From an uncultured Rhodospirillales bacterium (GTDB lineage Bacteria; Pseudomonadota; Alphaproteobacteria; Rhodospirillales; UBA2165): DNA of 64,000 nucleotides. Each line of letters opens with the position of its first letter. The first letter of the stretch is position 1. The DNA lies in the NCBI GenBank assembly GCA_913055735.1, contig CAJXKD010000001.1, positions 1,520,281 through 1,584,280 of the forward strand, given 5' to 3'. The position numbers and the translations under genes are program-made. The notes under the pieces were generated by a model. That model was not told the origin of the DNA. It saw only the letters and a program-made list of their open reading frames with translations, and searched no databases. Below, piece by piece: positions 9,261-17,769 of this stretch.

Positions 9261-9959
9261 CTATCGCAGCCTTGTTCGAAAGATCGTCGCGATTACGCCG
9301 ATGGCGTGATGACCGCGAATTTTCTTCCCTTCAGCATAAGAGCGACTGAAATAATTGACTGGAACCTCATATATCAAATCCGCCTTGCGCACGACCAATC
9401 CTAAAATCTCCGCATGTTGGGCCCATCCTTTCACCCGGAGATCGTTTGGATCGAGTAGATCGCGCCGGTACATGAGGTAGCAGGTGTAGATGTCGGTGAA
9501 GGTGGTGTTGTTGAGCATATTGAACAACAACGTGACTATCTTGTTACCCACCCAATGCCAGAACATCGTCACCCGCGCCATTCCCAACGACCGAAACCGG
9601 CTTCCCATCACGACATCCGCGTCGAACTCGACAACGGGCTGCATCAAAAATCCATAGTCGGCTGGGTCGTATTCGAGGTCGGCATCTTGAAATAGGACAT
9701 AGTCGCCGGTCGCTTCCTGCAGCCCCGCGATAACGGCAGCTCCTTTCCCTTGGTTCTGCTTCCGATTGATGAATTTCGAATACAGATCCGGACGCGTTTC
9801 CAGCAATTCGACGGTGCGGTCAGTCGAGCCGTCGTTGATGACAATTATTTCTAGGTTAAGCCCTGCATCCTGCTGCTTTTTGACGCGGCTCAGCAGCTCA
9901 AGGACGGTGCGGTCCTCGTTATAGACGGGAACGATGACGCTAACGCTGGGAGGCGCCAT
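9261..9959 (-). CDS. Glycosyltransferase family 2, DPM1/ArnC-like polyprenol-phosphate glycosyltransferase type (no TM tail)
   Basis: 232 aa. Motifs VSVIVPVYNE, IVINDGSTDRT and FQDADLEYDP (DxD region). Confidence 0.75.
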   Translation of the reverse strand: MAPPSVSVIVPVYNEDRTVLELLSRVKKQQDAGLNLEIIVINDGSTDRTVELLETRPDLYSKFINRKQNQGKGAAVIAGLQEATGDYVLFQDADLEYDPADYGFLMQPVVEFDADVVMGSRFRSLGMARVTMFWHWVGNKIVTLLFNMLNNTTFTDIYTCYLMYRRDLLDPNDLRVKGWAQHAEILGLVVRKADLIYEVPVNYFSRSYAEGKKIRGHHAIGVIATIFRTRLR

Positions 9960-9995
9960 GGAAACTCGGGAGATGCTGAAGATTGCTGGAAGGGA

Positions 9996-10829
9996 TCATG
10001 CCGGGCGTTCGAACTCTGCGACAAGATACCATCCGAACCGGCGTTTCAATGGTGCATCGAGCCATTTCGGTATAAACGGCAGGATCGGCTCATCCTGTTG
10101 GGTCGCCGTTGTTTGTATGTTGGTCAGTCCGGCGTCGCGTAGGCAGCGTGCCATTTCGGGGCCGGTGAAATGGCGGTGATAGTAGCCGTCGACGAATAGA
10201 TCCTGGATCGTTTCGAGATTGTAGCCCTGAAACAATTTTCCGCGAACGATCAGCCACCACAATCCCCGCAAGTAATAGACGACGCTGGTCTTATGATAGA
10301 CCATGATCAGGCCCTTGCCGCCTGGTTTCAGCACCCGTGCGATTTCCGCCAGGGCATTCTCGGTCTTGGGGGAATGATGCACCACGCCCCAGGAAAGGAC
10401 GTAGTCGAAGGAACTGTCCGCGCATCCGAGCGCTTCGGCATTGGTACGCAGAGTCTTGACGTCGAGTCCTTGAAGCCGCGCGTTCTGAGCGGTCAGGGTG
10501 GTGCCTTGTTCGGTGATGTCGACCGCGGTAACTGCGGCGCCTTTGCGGGCCAACAAACAAGACAGGACGCCAACCCCACAGCCGAGGTCGAGGACATTCA
10601 TGCCGGTAAAGGTGCGGTTTGCAAAGAACGCCGTTAGGAATGGGCTGCGCGCTAAAAGATATTTTTCGATAGCCTCAAAGCGTTCGGCGTCGGTCGGGAT
10701 GCGGTCGTCCGAATGCCAATCGGCATAGGACATGGGCATCTTTTCCCACCACAGGCGGTTCTTTTCCTCCGGCGCGGCCGTTTCGTGGTCGACCGCTACA
10801 CGGGTGCCGTAAATACCGTCAGCGGGCAT
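9996..10829 (-). CDS. Class I SAM-dependent methyltransferase
   Basis: 277 aa. Motif I MNVLDLGCGVGVL. 11-nt overlap with the upstream gene. Confidence 0.75.
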   Translation of the reverse strand: MPADGIYGTRVAVDHETAAPEEKNRLWWEKMPMSYADWHSDDRIPTDAERFEAIEKYLLARSPFLTAFFANRTFTGMNVLDLGCGVGVLSCLLARKGAAVTAVDITEQGTTLTAQNARLQGLDVKTLRTNAEALGCADSSFDYVLSWGVVHHSPKTENALAEIARVLKPGGKGLIMVYHKTSVVYYLRGLWWLIVRGKLFQGYNLETIQDLFVDGYYHRHFTGPEMARCLRDAGLTNIQTTATQQDEPILPFIPKWLDAPLKRRFGWYLVAEFERPA

Positions 10830-12015
10830 AATTCAATATCTCGTTTGGTTGATTGGAGGGGTTGCCGGCGACATCTTCGAGCAAGCGGACAATTTCACGG
10901 TCCCAATCGAAACCGAACTGGTCCTTGCGTTCCCGCGCGAGTACGCGGTTTTGATCGTGCGCCGCCGGATCGTCGGCGAGTTCGCGAATGCGCTTGGCGA
11001 GGGCATCGACATTGCCGGTTGGGAACAACAGTGTGTCGTGATGCAATTGTGCGCGGTGGGCGTCGATGTCGGAGGCAAGGACGCAGGTGCCCGCTGCCAA
11101 GGCTTCCAGAACGACATTAGGACAAGCATCCTGGAATTGTGTTGGAACCACCGTCAGGTCAAACTTTTCCATCAGCCGGTGTGCGCCATTGGCACGCCCG
11201 ACAAAAGTGACTGTGTTTTCCAGGCCGAGTGTTTGAATCATCCGCGGTACCGCATTCTCTTCCGGTCCATAGCCTAGGACTACGGCGGCAATGTCCGGTC
11301 GGTCTCTCAGTTGATGCATCGCCTGGAGGAAAATATCAAACCCCTTGGCACGAAAAAATATCTGCCCGACGATTCCCACGAGAAATCGGCCGTCGGACTT
11401 CAAGCGGTCTATTTTCCGAACGATCTCCGGATCGGGAAGTTCGCGGCGTGCTTGGGAATCGGCGTCGTTGGCAAGTGTGGTAATGCTTGGCATTGGGATC
11501 TTGATGCGGGACCGAAGGTGGTTTTCCATAAACGCGGCCACCACGGCAATGCGGCTGACCCGCGGCAAAACGAAACGTTGTATGGCAGGATACAGAAACG
11601 CAGTGATACGGCTTCTGAGCCGTGTCCGCCAATGCAGCGCCTGGGTCGCCTGAAAGGTTTCGCAGGCATAGGTGTCGCCCCGCATAAAGAAAAGATGGGG
11701 AACTTGTTTAAGGTTGGGATCGGTCAGGCACCCCAGGGTGTCGTACTCCCGCACAGTGAAAATTGTATCGACATCGGCCAGCGCGCCGCGATGCAATTTG
11801 AAGGCGCGGCGTAAGCGCAGGACCCAGCCGATTATGCCTGGAAGCCACCCGTAGGCGGCGGGCACGGTCAACAGCGTGCTCCCCCCGGGCGCCTCTCCGC
11901 CGGGCGCCATCCAGAGGACGGTGTGGCCGGCAGCTGTCAGGGCGCGGGCCATGCGTCTCTGGCGGTCCAGCGCGCCATGCCCGCCGGTATGAATTGTGGT
12001 GGTGAGGAATTTCAC
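10819..12015 (-). CDS. Glycosyltransferase, GT-B fold (GT1/GT4 family)
   Basis: 398 aa with GTG start. C-terminal VPTQFQDACPNVVLEALAAGTCVLASD is typical of retaining GT4 enzymes. First gene of the leftmost minus-strand operon. Confidence 0.65.
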   Translation of the reverse strand: MKFLTTTIHTGGHGALDRQRRMARALTAAGHTVLWMAPGGEAPGGSTLLTVPAAYGWLPGIIGWVLRLRRAFKLHRGALADVDTIFTVREYDTLGCLTDPNLKQVPHLFFMRGDTYACETFQATQALHWRTRLRSRITAFLYPAIQRFVLPRVSRIAVVAAFMENHLRSRIKIPMPSITTLANDADSQARRELPDPEIVRKIDRLKSDGRFLVGIVGQIFFRAKGFDIFLQAMHQLRDRPDIAAVVLGYGPEENAVPRMIQTLGLENTVTFVGRANGAHRLMEKFDLTVVPTQFQDACPNVVLEALAAGTCVLASDIDAHRAQLHHDTLLFPTGNVDALAKRIRELADDPAAHDQNRVLARERKDQFGFDWDREIVRLLEDVAGNPSNQPNEILNYAR

Positions 12016-12083
12016 CTGTGTGCCGAGCTCCGTTTACTTAAATCCATGGATAAATCCCGACACTGTCGTGTATAACCGCGAGA
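12016..12083. promoter_or_regulatory. Divergent intergenic region that must hold promoters for the 12015-leftward operon and the 12084 plus-strand gene
   Basis: Positional inference only. A 68-nt AT-richer spacer lies between two divergent start codons. No consensus element was confidently read. Confidence 0.3.
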
Positions 12084-13115
12084 ATGCTCAGGCGCGGACT
12101 AATCAATCTTACAATCCTTGTTATAGCGGTCGTCGTCGGATCAGGACTCATTGAAGCCGGTGTTCGCGTCCTGTATCCACAATTTGACCCTTCCGGCCAT
12201 TTGAAATTGCGTACAAACGATCAAGGCGTGCCATTGATCGTCGGGCCGGGTATCTATCGTCAGGTCAAAAACACGGGCGATTTCGATGTGGAGGTCGCGG
12301 TCAATGACCTTGGTTTTCGTGAGGAAAAACCATTGTCGGCGTCGACGCCTAAAGATTTATTTGTCGTAGGCGACTCGTTCGCATTGGGCTGGGGGGTTGC
12401 AGTCGAAGATCGGTTCTCAAATGTGCTTGAGAGGGCGCTCAAGGGCCCGCAGGTGTTCAACATTAGCGTACCTACCGGTTTCGACGGCTATGCCAGCCTT
12501 ATCGACTATGCCAAGCATCACGGCGCCAAAGTGAGTCGCCTTATAGTGGGCGTGACCATGGAAAACGATCTCATGGACTATCGCGCCAGGGGCCTGACTA
12601 AATTGCCGGAGGGGCATCGATCATCGCCGGGCGGTTCGCGATTGGTGGCGGTGAAGAACCTTTTGACGCAGCACTCTGCGGCCTATTTCATGCTGACCAC
12701 GGTTTTTCATGCCACGCCGGTTTTGAAAAAAGCGGCAGTCGAAATCGGATTGATTGTCCCGAACCTTGAAGCGCCCCACTTGTTCAACCTGGTTCCCCGT
12801 GTAGTCGATCCGTCGGTGCAGCGCCTGTACGAAATCACGCGTGGCTACGGCGACGTCACGATCCTGATTGTGCCGTCGCGCGCCCTTTGGGTGGGAACCG
12901 CTGAGCAACGAGAACGTGCCGCGCAGATACATACGGATTTTGTTTCTCACCTTCGAAAATTGGGTATGCGAGTTGTTGATCCTCGTTCCCGTATGGAGGT
13001 GTCCGGAAATCCGTTGCAGTTCCATTTTGCCAATGACGGCCACTGGAATAAGAAAGGCCACGCGCTTGCGGCAAAGATGTTGGTTAACGAACTGGAAAAG
13101 CGCCAAACTCGGTAG
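12084..13115 (+). CDS. Membrane-anchored SGNH/GDSL-type hydrolase or acyl(O-acetyl)transferase-like protein
   Basis: 343 aa with ATG start. N-terminal TM helix LINLTILVIAVVVGSGLI, block I FVVGDSFALGWG, and block V-like NDGHWNKKGH. Confidence 0.55.
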   Translation: MLRRGLINLTILVIAVVVGSGLIEAGVRVLYPQFDPSGHLKLRTNDQGVPLIVGPGIYRQVKNTGDFDVEVAVNDLGFREEKPLSASTPKDLFVVGDSFALGWGVAVEDRFSNVLERALKGPQVFNISVPTGFDGYASLIDYAKHHGAKVSRLIVGVTMENDLMDYRARGLTKLPEGHRSSPGGSRLVAVKNLLTQHSAAYFMLTTVFHATPVLKKAAVEIGLIVPNLEAPHLFNLVPRVVDPSVQRLYEITRGYGDVTILIVPSRALWVGTAEQRERAAQIHTDFVSHLRKLGMRVVDPRSRMEVSGNPLQFHFANDGHWNKKGHALAAKMLVNELEKRQTR

Positions 13116-13116
13116 A

Positions 13117-13794
13117 TTATTGTGCATCGTGCTCGGCTGCGGGGATTGGCACTAGCCATTTCTGCAACTCCCCCAATCCGTGGATACATTTTACGTCAGG
13201 GGGAAAAGATTGGGGCTCTGAAGCAGAAGCAATACCGATGAAATCCGTACTGGCGGCTTGGGCGGCATAGAAATCAAGTGTGGAGTCGCCGACAAACAGC
13301 AGTTCTTCCGGGCTAAACCCGTGGGCGCGGCAAATTTTTCGAAGAGCGTCACCTTTGGTCGTCGGGCTTCCGAATACGCCCTTGAAATAGCTCAATAAAC
13401 TCTGGTGCCGGAGAATTTCGAGCAGCTCCTCTTCGGGAGTTGCGGATACGATATAGATCGGAATCCGTCCTGAAAACCGTTTCAGAACATCTTTGGCGCC
13501 CGGCATCAACTCGCACTCGGCAACGCGGTTCTTGACAAGGTTGCCGAATTCATCGGCAAGCCGTTTCGCCTCCTTTTCCGGCAACGGTTGTCCGATAATA
13601 TCGCGGAAGATCAGCTCGAACTTTCGGAGCCGGTTGAGGCCCAAATGCTTTTTGTGAAATGCGACCGCTGCGTCGACGTGTCGCGGCGCTTCCACGGAAA
13701 AGAGGGTAGAAATGGCTTGCGTCTTAATGTCGTTTGAATCGACGATCACGCCGTCGAAATCAAGCGCCAGGACCTGGTATCTCAGAGAACTCAT
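13117..13794 (-). CDS. HAD-superfamily hydrolase (phosphatase-like)
   Basis: HAD motif I VLALDFDGVIVDS lies near the N-terminus when the ATG at 13794 is used. The longer track ORF to 13857 begins with TTG. The C-terminal FVGDS motif is present. Confidence 0.7.
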   Translation of the reverse strand: MSSLRYQVLALDFDGVIVDSNDIKTQAISTLFSVEAPRHVDAAVAFHKKHLGLNRLRKFELIFRDIIGQPLPEKEAKRLADEFGNLVKNRVAECELMPGAKDVLKRFSGRIPIYIVSATPEEELLEILRHQSLLSYFKGVFGSPTTKGDALRKICRAHGFSPEELLFVGDSTLDFYAAQAASTDFIGIASASEPQSFPPDVKCIHGLGELQKWLVPIPAAEHDAQ

Positions 13795-13900
13795 TGCGGT
13801 GCTATCTGGTTGAATTTTTGTGGCGGTCTTAAGTTGCTCGCCGCTCAGCTGAGGCAAGATAGGAAGCTGTAGATGGCGTAACCCCTAAAGGCAGATAGGT

Positions 13901-14824
13901 CTACTTCCAATACCCGGCGACGGGACCTGTGGTGCCGCGGATGAGCAGTCGAAACGCAGAGATATTGCCAAGTACGCGGTCCCAGCGCGGTTTGTCCAGG
14001 TGGCGCATCAGCGCTCCAAGATTGATGGCGAACGTGCCAAAAATTGCCCACGCGACGTGCGGTAAGGAGAATTGTTTCATCTTTCGCGCAAAATATACGC
14101 GATTGTATATCTGCTGCCGGCCGAAATCCCGTTGGCGAGCGTCCGAAATCGGCCGTGAATAGTGCATACAACGTGCCTCTCCGACAACGAACAGCCGGTA
14201 TTTACGTGAGACGCGATAACTATAATCGATGTCCTCCATGTAACCGTGACCTTCATACCATTCGTCGTAGAGGAACTCTTCGACGACCTTGCGTCGCCAG
14301 ATCGTTGCTCCGCCATATAACCATTCGGTTTCCGTCGTATTCTCGACATAGGGAATAGCTACGGGATGGGCGGACGGCAGCATGCGGCCGATCTGTTTTC
14401 CCGTGATGCCAAAAAACTGCAATAGGCGTGAGTGCTGAAGTTGCGGTTGATTGCGGATGCTCAGAGCCGCGCCGCCGGTATCCTCCGAAGCATTCCTCCA
14501 AAATTGCAGCATCCGCTCTGTTGCGTCCGCATCGAGTTCCAAATCGTCGTCGAGATATCCGGCCAAGTCGATTCCGTCGGCCAAAGCGGCCATACCCGCG
14601 TTACGTTGCTTCGACAAGGAGGGCGGAAAGCAGCGCACGTATGTAATCGGCAGTTTCGGAAACTCCTTGCATACGCTGGAGATGTCCGGGTTGCTGCCGT
14701 CAACGATGACGATTTGGTGCGGCATTTCGGTCTGTGCGGCGAGGCTTGCGAGAAGTACGCGTAAATCATCGGGCCGGTCTTTGGTGGGAACGACGTATGC
14801 AAGCCGATGCGGGGAATTGTTCAT
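13901..14824 (-). CDS. Glycosyltransferase family 2
   Basis: About 307 aa from the ATG at 14824 (the track ORF begins one codon earlier at a TTG). Motifs YVVPTKDRPDDL, IVIVDGS and YLDDDLEL (DxD). Confidence 0.7.
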   Translation of the reverse strand: MNNSPHRLAYVVPTKDRPDDLRVLLASLAAQTEMPHQIVIVDGSNPDISSVCKEFPKLPITYVRCFPPSLSKQRNAGMAALADGIDLAGYLDDDLELDADATERMLQFWRNASEDTGGAALSIRNQPQLQHSRLLQFFGITGKQIGRMLPSAHPVAIPYVENTTETEWLYGGATIWRRKVVEEFLYDEWYEGHGYMEDIDYSYRVSRKYRLFVVGEARCMHYSRPISDARQRDFGRQQIYNRVYFARKMKQFSLPHVAWAIFGTFAINLGALMRHLDKPRWDRVLGNISAFRLLIRGTTGPVAGYWK

Positions 14825-14890
14825 CAACGCTCGTGAATGATTGAGAATGGTGCGGTGGGGGGGGCGAAAGAGGTTCCCTACGTTGGCGCG

Positions 14891-15877
14891 TCAGGGAGCT
14901 TCAGATTTCCTACCAAGCGCTTTTAGCTTTCTTTTCAACAAAATGACTCCCGGTGGCGTAAGCAGGACGGCGAGATCATAAAACCGGCCTTTCAGATGCC
15001 GCCTGTTTTGTGGCTTCAGCAGTTGATACCAGTTCATTTTGAAATATGTACCGTGGCGGATATTCGCGTCCGTGTCGGAAGCGCGCATACCGGGATGGAC
15101 TTCAATCTCGTTCACCGAGTTCGGTTCCACCCAATAATAGGCAAAATAAAGAGAATGACGGGCTCGCTTCGCCATGTCGCTGATCGGTTCGACGCCGTGA
15201 AAAGCCGTGGGGTTGCACGCAAAAACGACGGCTCGGTTGAACAGGCAGGGAACGCGTTTGACGCTTTTCTTGCCGGTCCTATCAAACAGATGCAGCGCAC
15301 CGCCATCTTCATCTTTCCAATCCGGCGAAAGATAAAGAACGACATTCAAGACATGGGGAATTCCTAACGATTGGTGGTGGCTATGGTCGACGTGAGAGCC
15401 CAGGATGCCGCCCGGCGCTGTCATGTGGTAATAGCCATATTCGGTGTTGTAGTAAGGGTCGGGTATCAGTGACTTGAAGCCGGTAAGGGCCTCGAAATAC
15501 TTTAGTACATAAGGGGCAGCATATTTTGACGCCAACACCTGGAGGTACTCGGGAACCGAATCGCCAGTGCTAATGGTTTTCTTGTTCTGCGCGTCGTCCG
15601 TGAAGTGAACGTTGAAGGTGTGGACGTCGTGCACCAATGATCGAATGGCGGCATCCGCAATATCGGGCGCAAGGAAATCATCGATAATAAGATGAGGGAA
15701 CGGGTCCGCGTGTCGATAGGCCGTTCTCGTTTGTTCCAGAGGGGGGAAGTTGAACACGGTTTCCGGATCACGGAATACGAGCTCGTGGATTTCTCCCCGT
15801 GTAACGTCAGCGGGCTTGTCGGTGTTACTCAATTTACGTGCTTCCTGGCCGGATAGGATTTTCCATTGTTCCGGCAA
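14891..15877 (-). CDS. 2-oxoglutarate/Fe(II)-dependent oxygenase-like protein
   Basis: 328 aa with an apparent TTG start. HxD in GSHVDHSHH, a distal His in AFHGVEPI, and the GGALHLF strand. Confidence 0.55.
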   Translation of the reverse strand: MPEQWKILSGQEARKLSNTDKPADVTRGEIHELVFRDPETVFNFPPLEQTRTAYRHADPFPHLIIDDFLAPDIADAAIRSLVHDVHTFNVHFTDDAQNKKTISTGDSVPEYLQVLASKYAAPYVLKYFEALTGFKSLIPDPYYNTEYGYYHMTAPGGILGSHVDHSHHQSLGIPHVLNVVLYLSPDWKDEDGGALHLFDRTGKKSVKRVPCLFNRAVVFACNPTAFHGVEPISDMAKRARHSLYFAYYWVEPNSVNEIEVHPGMRASDTDANIRHGTYFKMNWYQLLKPQNRRHLKGRFYDLAVLLTPPGVILLKRKLKALGRKSEAP

Positions 15878-15924
15878 CGATAGGGTTTTCCGAAAGTTTC
15901 TTCCATCATTCTTATCCGAAGCTC

Positions 15925-17754
15925 CTATACGGCCATCGTTGCAAGGATCTGGGTTCGGTCAATGGGAGACATATAATCTTGGAGCCGCTGAACGCGCCGC
16001 TTGATATCTACGCTGTTTAACGGTTGTTCAGCGAACCTGGCGACGGCATCGGCTATTTCGGATGGCGTACGGCAACGGACACGCAGGTCTTCCGGAACTT
16101 TGTCGAAATCGGCAGCGGTGTCCTGGGCAACGAAGAAAACCGGAAGGCCCGCACAGATGGCTTCGAAAGCGACACCCGTCGTGTTGTAGGCGACGGCGTC
16201 GGCACTCTCTAGCAAGCTCCAAGTATCGAGCTCGCTAAAGGAAACGTTGCCTGGATCGCTTGGGATGGCGCGCGTAATTTTCTCGCGGTCGTCATGCGAC
16301 ATGGACGGATGGAAATTGACCACGACGCGAAGCTCTATGGCGGGGAGAAGTTTAGTGCTCAGCCACACCTTACGCAGAAGCTCTCTCGACTCTTCAACTC
16401 CCACGCTCATCGGACAAAACAACGTAAACGTTTCCCGTTGGTTTGGTGCAGTTTCGCTTAGGTTTCGGTCCCCTATTTTGTCAAAGATGTTTTGGTACCT
16501 TACGGTTCCGCCAACCTGAACACGCGAAGCCGGATAGCCGTTTTCCAAAAACCATTGTCGATAGGCGCCACCCATAACCAGAAGCTGATCGGGTATACGT
16601 TCTTTCCTTATGTTCCGGTCGCTTACGAAATAGCGGATCGAATCCATCGATATGGCTGGGTGCAACACACCGACGCAATTAACATCTCGAAACTGGTTTG
16701 ACCTCAGCCCTTCGAGCAAAACGTTTTCCCAAGGCTGATTTTCATATGTGTAAACGATGTTGTGCGGCTTAAGGCCAAGAGGGACCAGGCGATGCATCAG
16801 ATACCGAAACTGGATCGCTTGGATAGGTCGCCAGGTAGACATCTCTCTGAACGCAGCGAGAGCGATGACGCCACTGACATCGATTCCTTGGAGCGAAACC
16901 TTTTTAATGAGGTTCCTGCAGAATCCGAAATATGTAAAACAGGATGTGAGAACTTCCGAGAAACGCCATGTTTCCTCAACGAAGATAACAGGCGCACCGG
17001 TTTCAAGGATCTTCTCCGCCGTCGTCGCAAATTCTTCAACCCAGCTACGCAGTTGGACCAGATATGCAACGCGGTGTCCGGCTTCGGCAAGGACATGTGG
17101 TAAAACGCCGAGCGCGGAATGAACCTCAGCCGGGGCGCTGCCACGAAACGTCTTAGAATCGGCCCAGACTATAAGCAGTGTATCCACCTGTTCGAGTTGC
17201 TGAGGCAGCGGATAACGTCGGCGAAGTTTCTTTAAAATACGCCGCCTCTTCAAAAAAGTTCTCAGTCCTGCGAGCCGTGCCCGTACTGCGCCCAGCAAGC
17301 AAGAAAACACAGTCGATAATGCCGGCGGAGAGCCTTGCAAAACCCTGGCGGTGTCGCTGTCATCGGTTACGACGATATCTGTTCGATCCTGAGTGTCGCT
17401 TTGGGCGATCGCGAGCCGGTATAGGAGATTGCGCTGCAGATCGTGAAGATATGGGTTCAACTCGCTCATGTCGCTCGCGGCCCAAGGGAAATAGGGCGCG
17501 TCCGCCGGCCAGATATACGAATCCAGGTTTCTCAGTAGGTGTCGGTGCTTCCGGAGGGCGGCGTTCATGACTTCATTCATGTCGCGGACAGCCAAGTTTT
17601 GACCGTTAAGCTCTTTGAACTTTAGCCAATCATCATAGGATGTTGCGCAGTACCAGAGAGAAGTAGGCTCGCCGCCGGCAATGTCCCGGACATCCTCTGG
17701 CATGATCGCGCTTAGCGGTTTAGCGATAGTTTGCACCGCAGCCCGTCTTTCCAC
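15925..17754 (-). CDS. Large hypothetical protein with GT-B-like C-terminal half (possible glycosyl- or glycerophospho-transferase)
   Basis: 609 aa (GTG at 17754; an alternative ATG lies at 17703). The C-terminal VVNFHPSM...SADAVAYNTTGVAFEAICAGLPVFFV resembles nucleotide-sugar-binding Rossmann halves. I do not recognise a specific family. Confidence 0.35.
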   Translation of the reverse strand: MERRAAVQTIAKPLSAIMPEDVRDIAGGEPTSLWYCATSYDDWLKFKELNGQNLAVRDMNEVMNAALRKHRHLLRNLDSYIWPADAPYFPWAASDMSELNPYLHDLQRNLLYRLAIAQSDTQDRTDIVVTDDSDTARVLQGSPPALSTVFSCLLGAVRARLAGLRTFLKRRRILKKLRRRYPLPQQLEQVDTLLIVWADSKTFRGSAPAEVHSALGVLPHVLAEAGHRVAYLVQLRSWVEEFATTAEKILETGAPVIFVEETWRFSEVLTSCFTYFGFCRNLIKKVSLQGIDVSGVIALAAFREMSTWRPIQAIQFRYLMHRLVPLGLKPHNIVYTYENQPWENVLLEGLRSNQFRDVNCVGVLHPAISMDSIRYFVSDRNIRKERIPDQLLVMGGAYRQWFLENGYPASRVQVGGTVRYQNIFDKIGDRNLSETAPNQRETFTLFCPMSVGVEESRELLRKVWLSTKLLPAIELRVVVNFHPSMSHDDREKITRAIPSDPGNVSFSELDTWSLLESADAVAYNTTGVAFEAICAGLPVFFVAQDTAADFDKVPEDLRVRCRTPSEIADAVARFAEQPLNSVDIKRRVQRLQDYMSPIDRTQILATMAV

Positions 17755-17769
17755 GATGAACAGATGATT

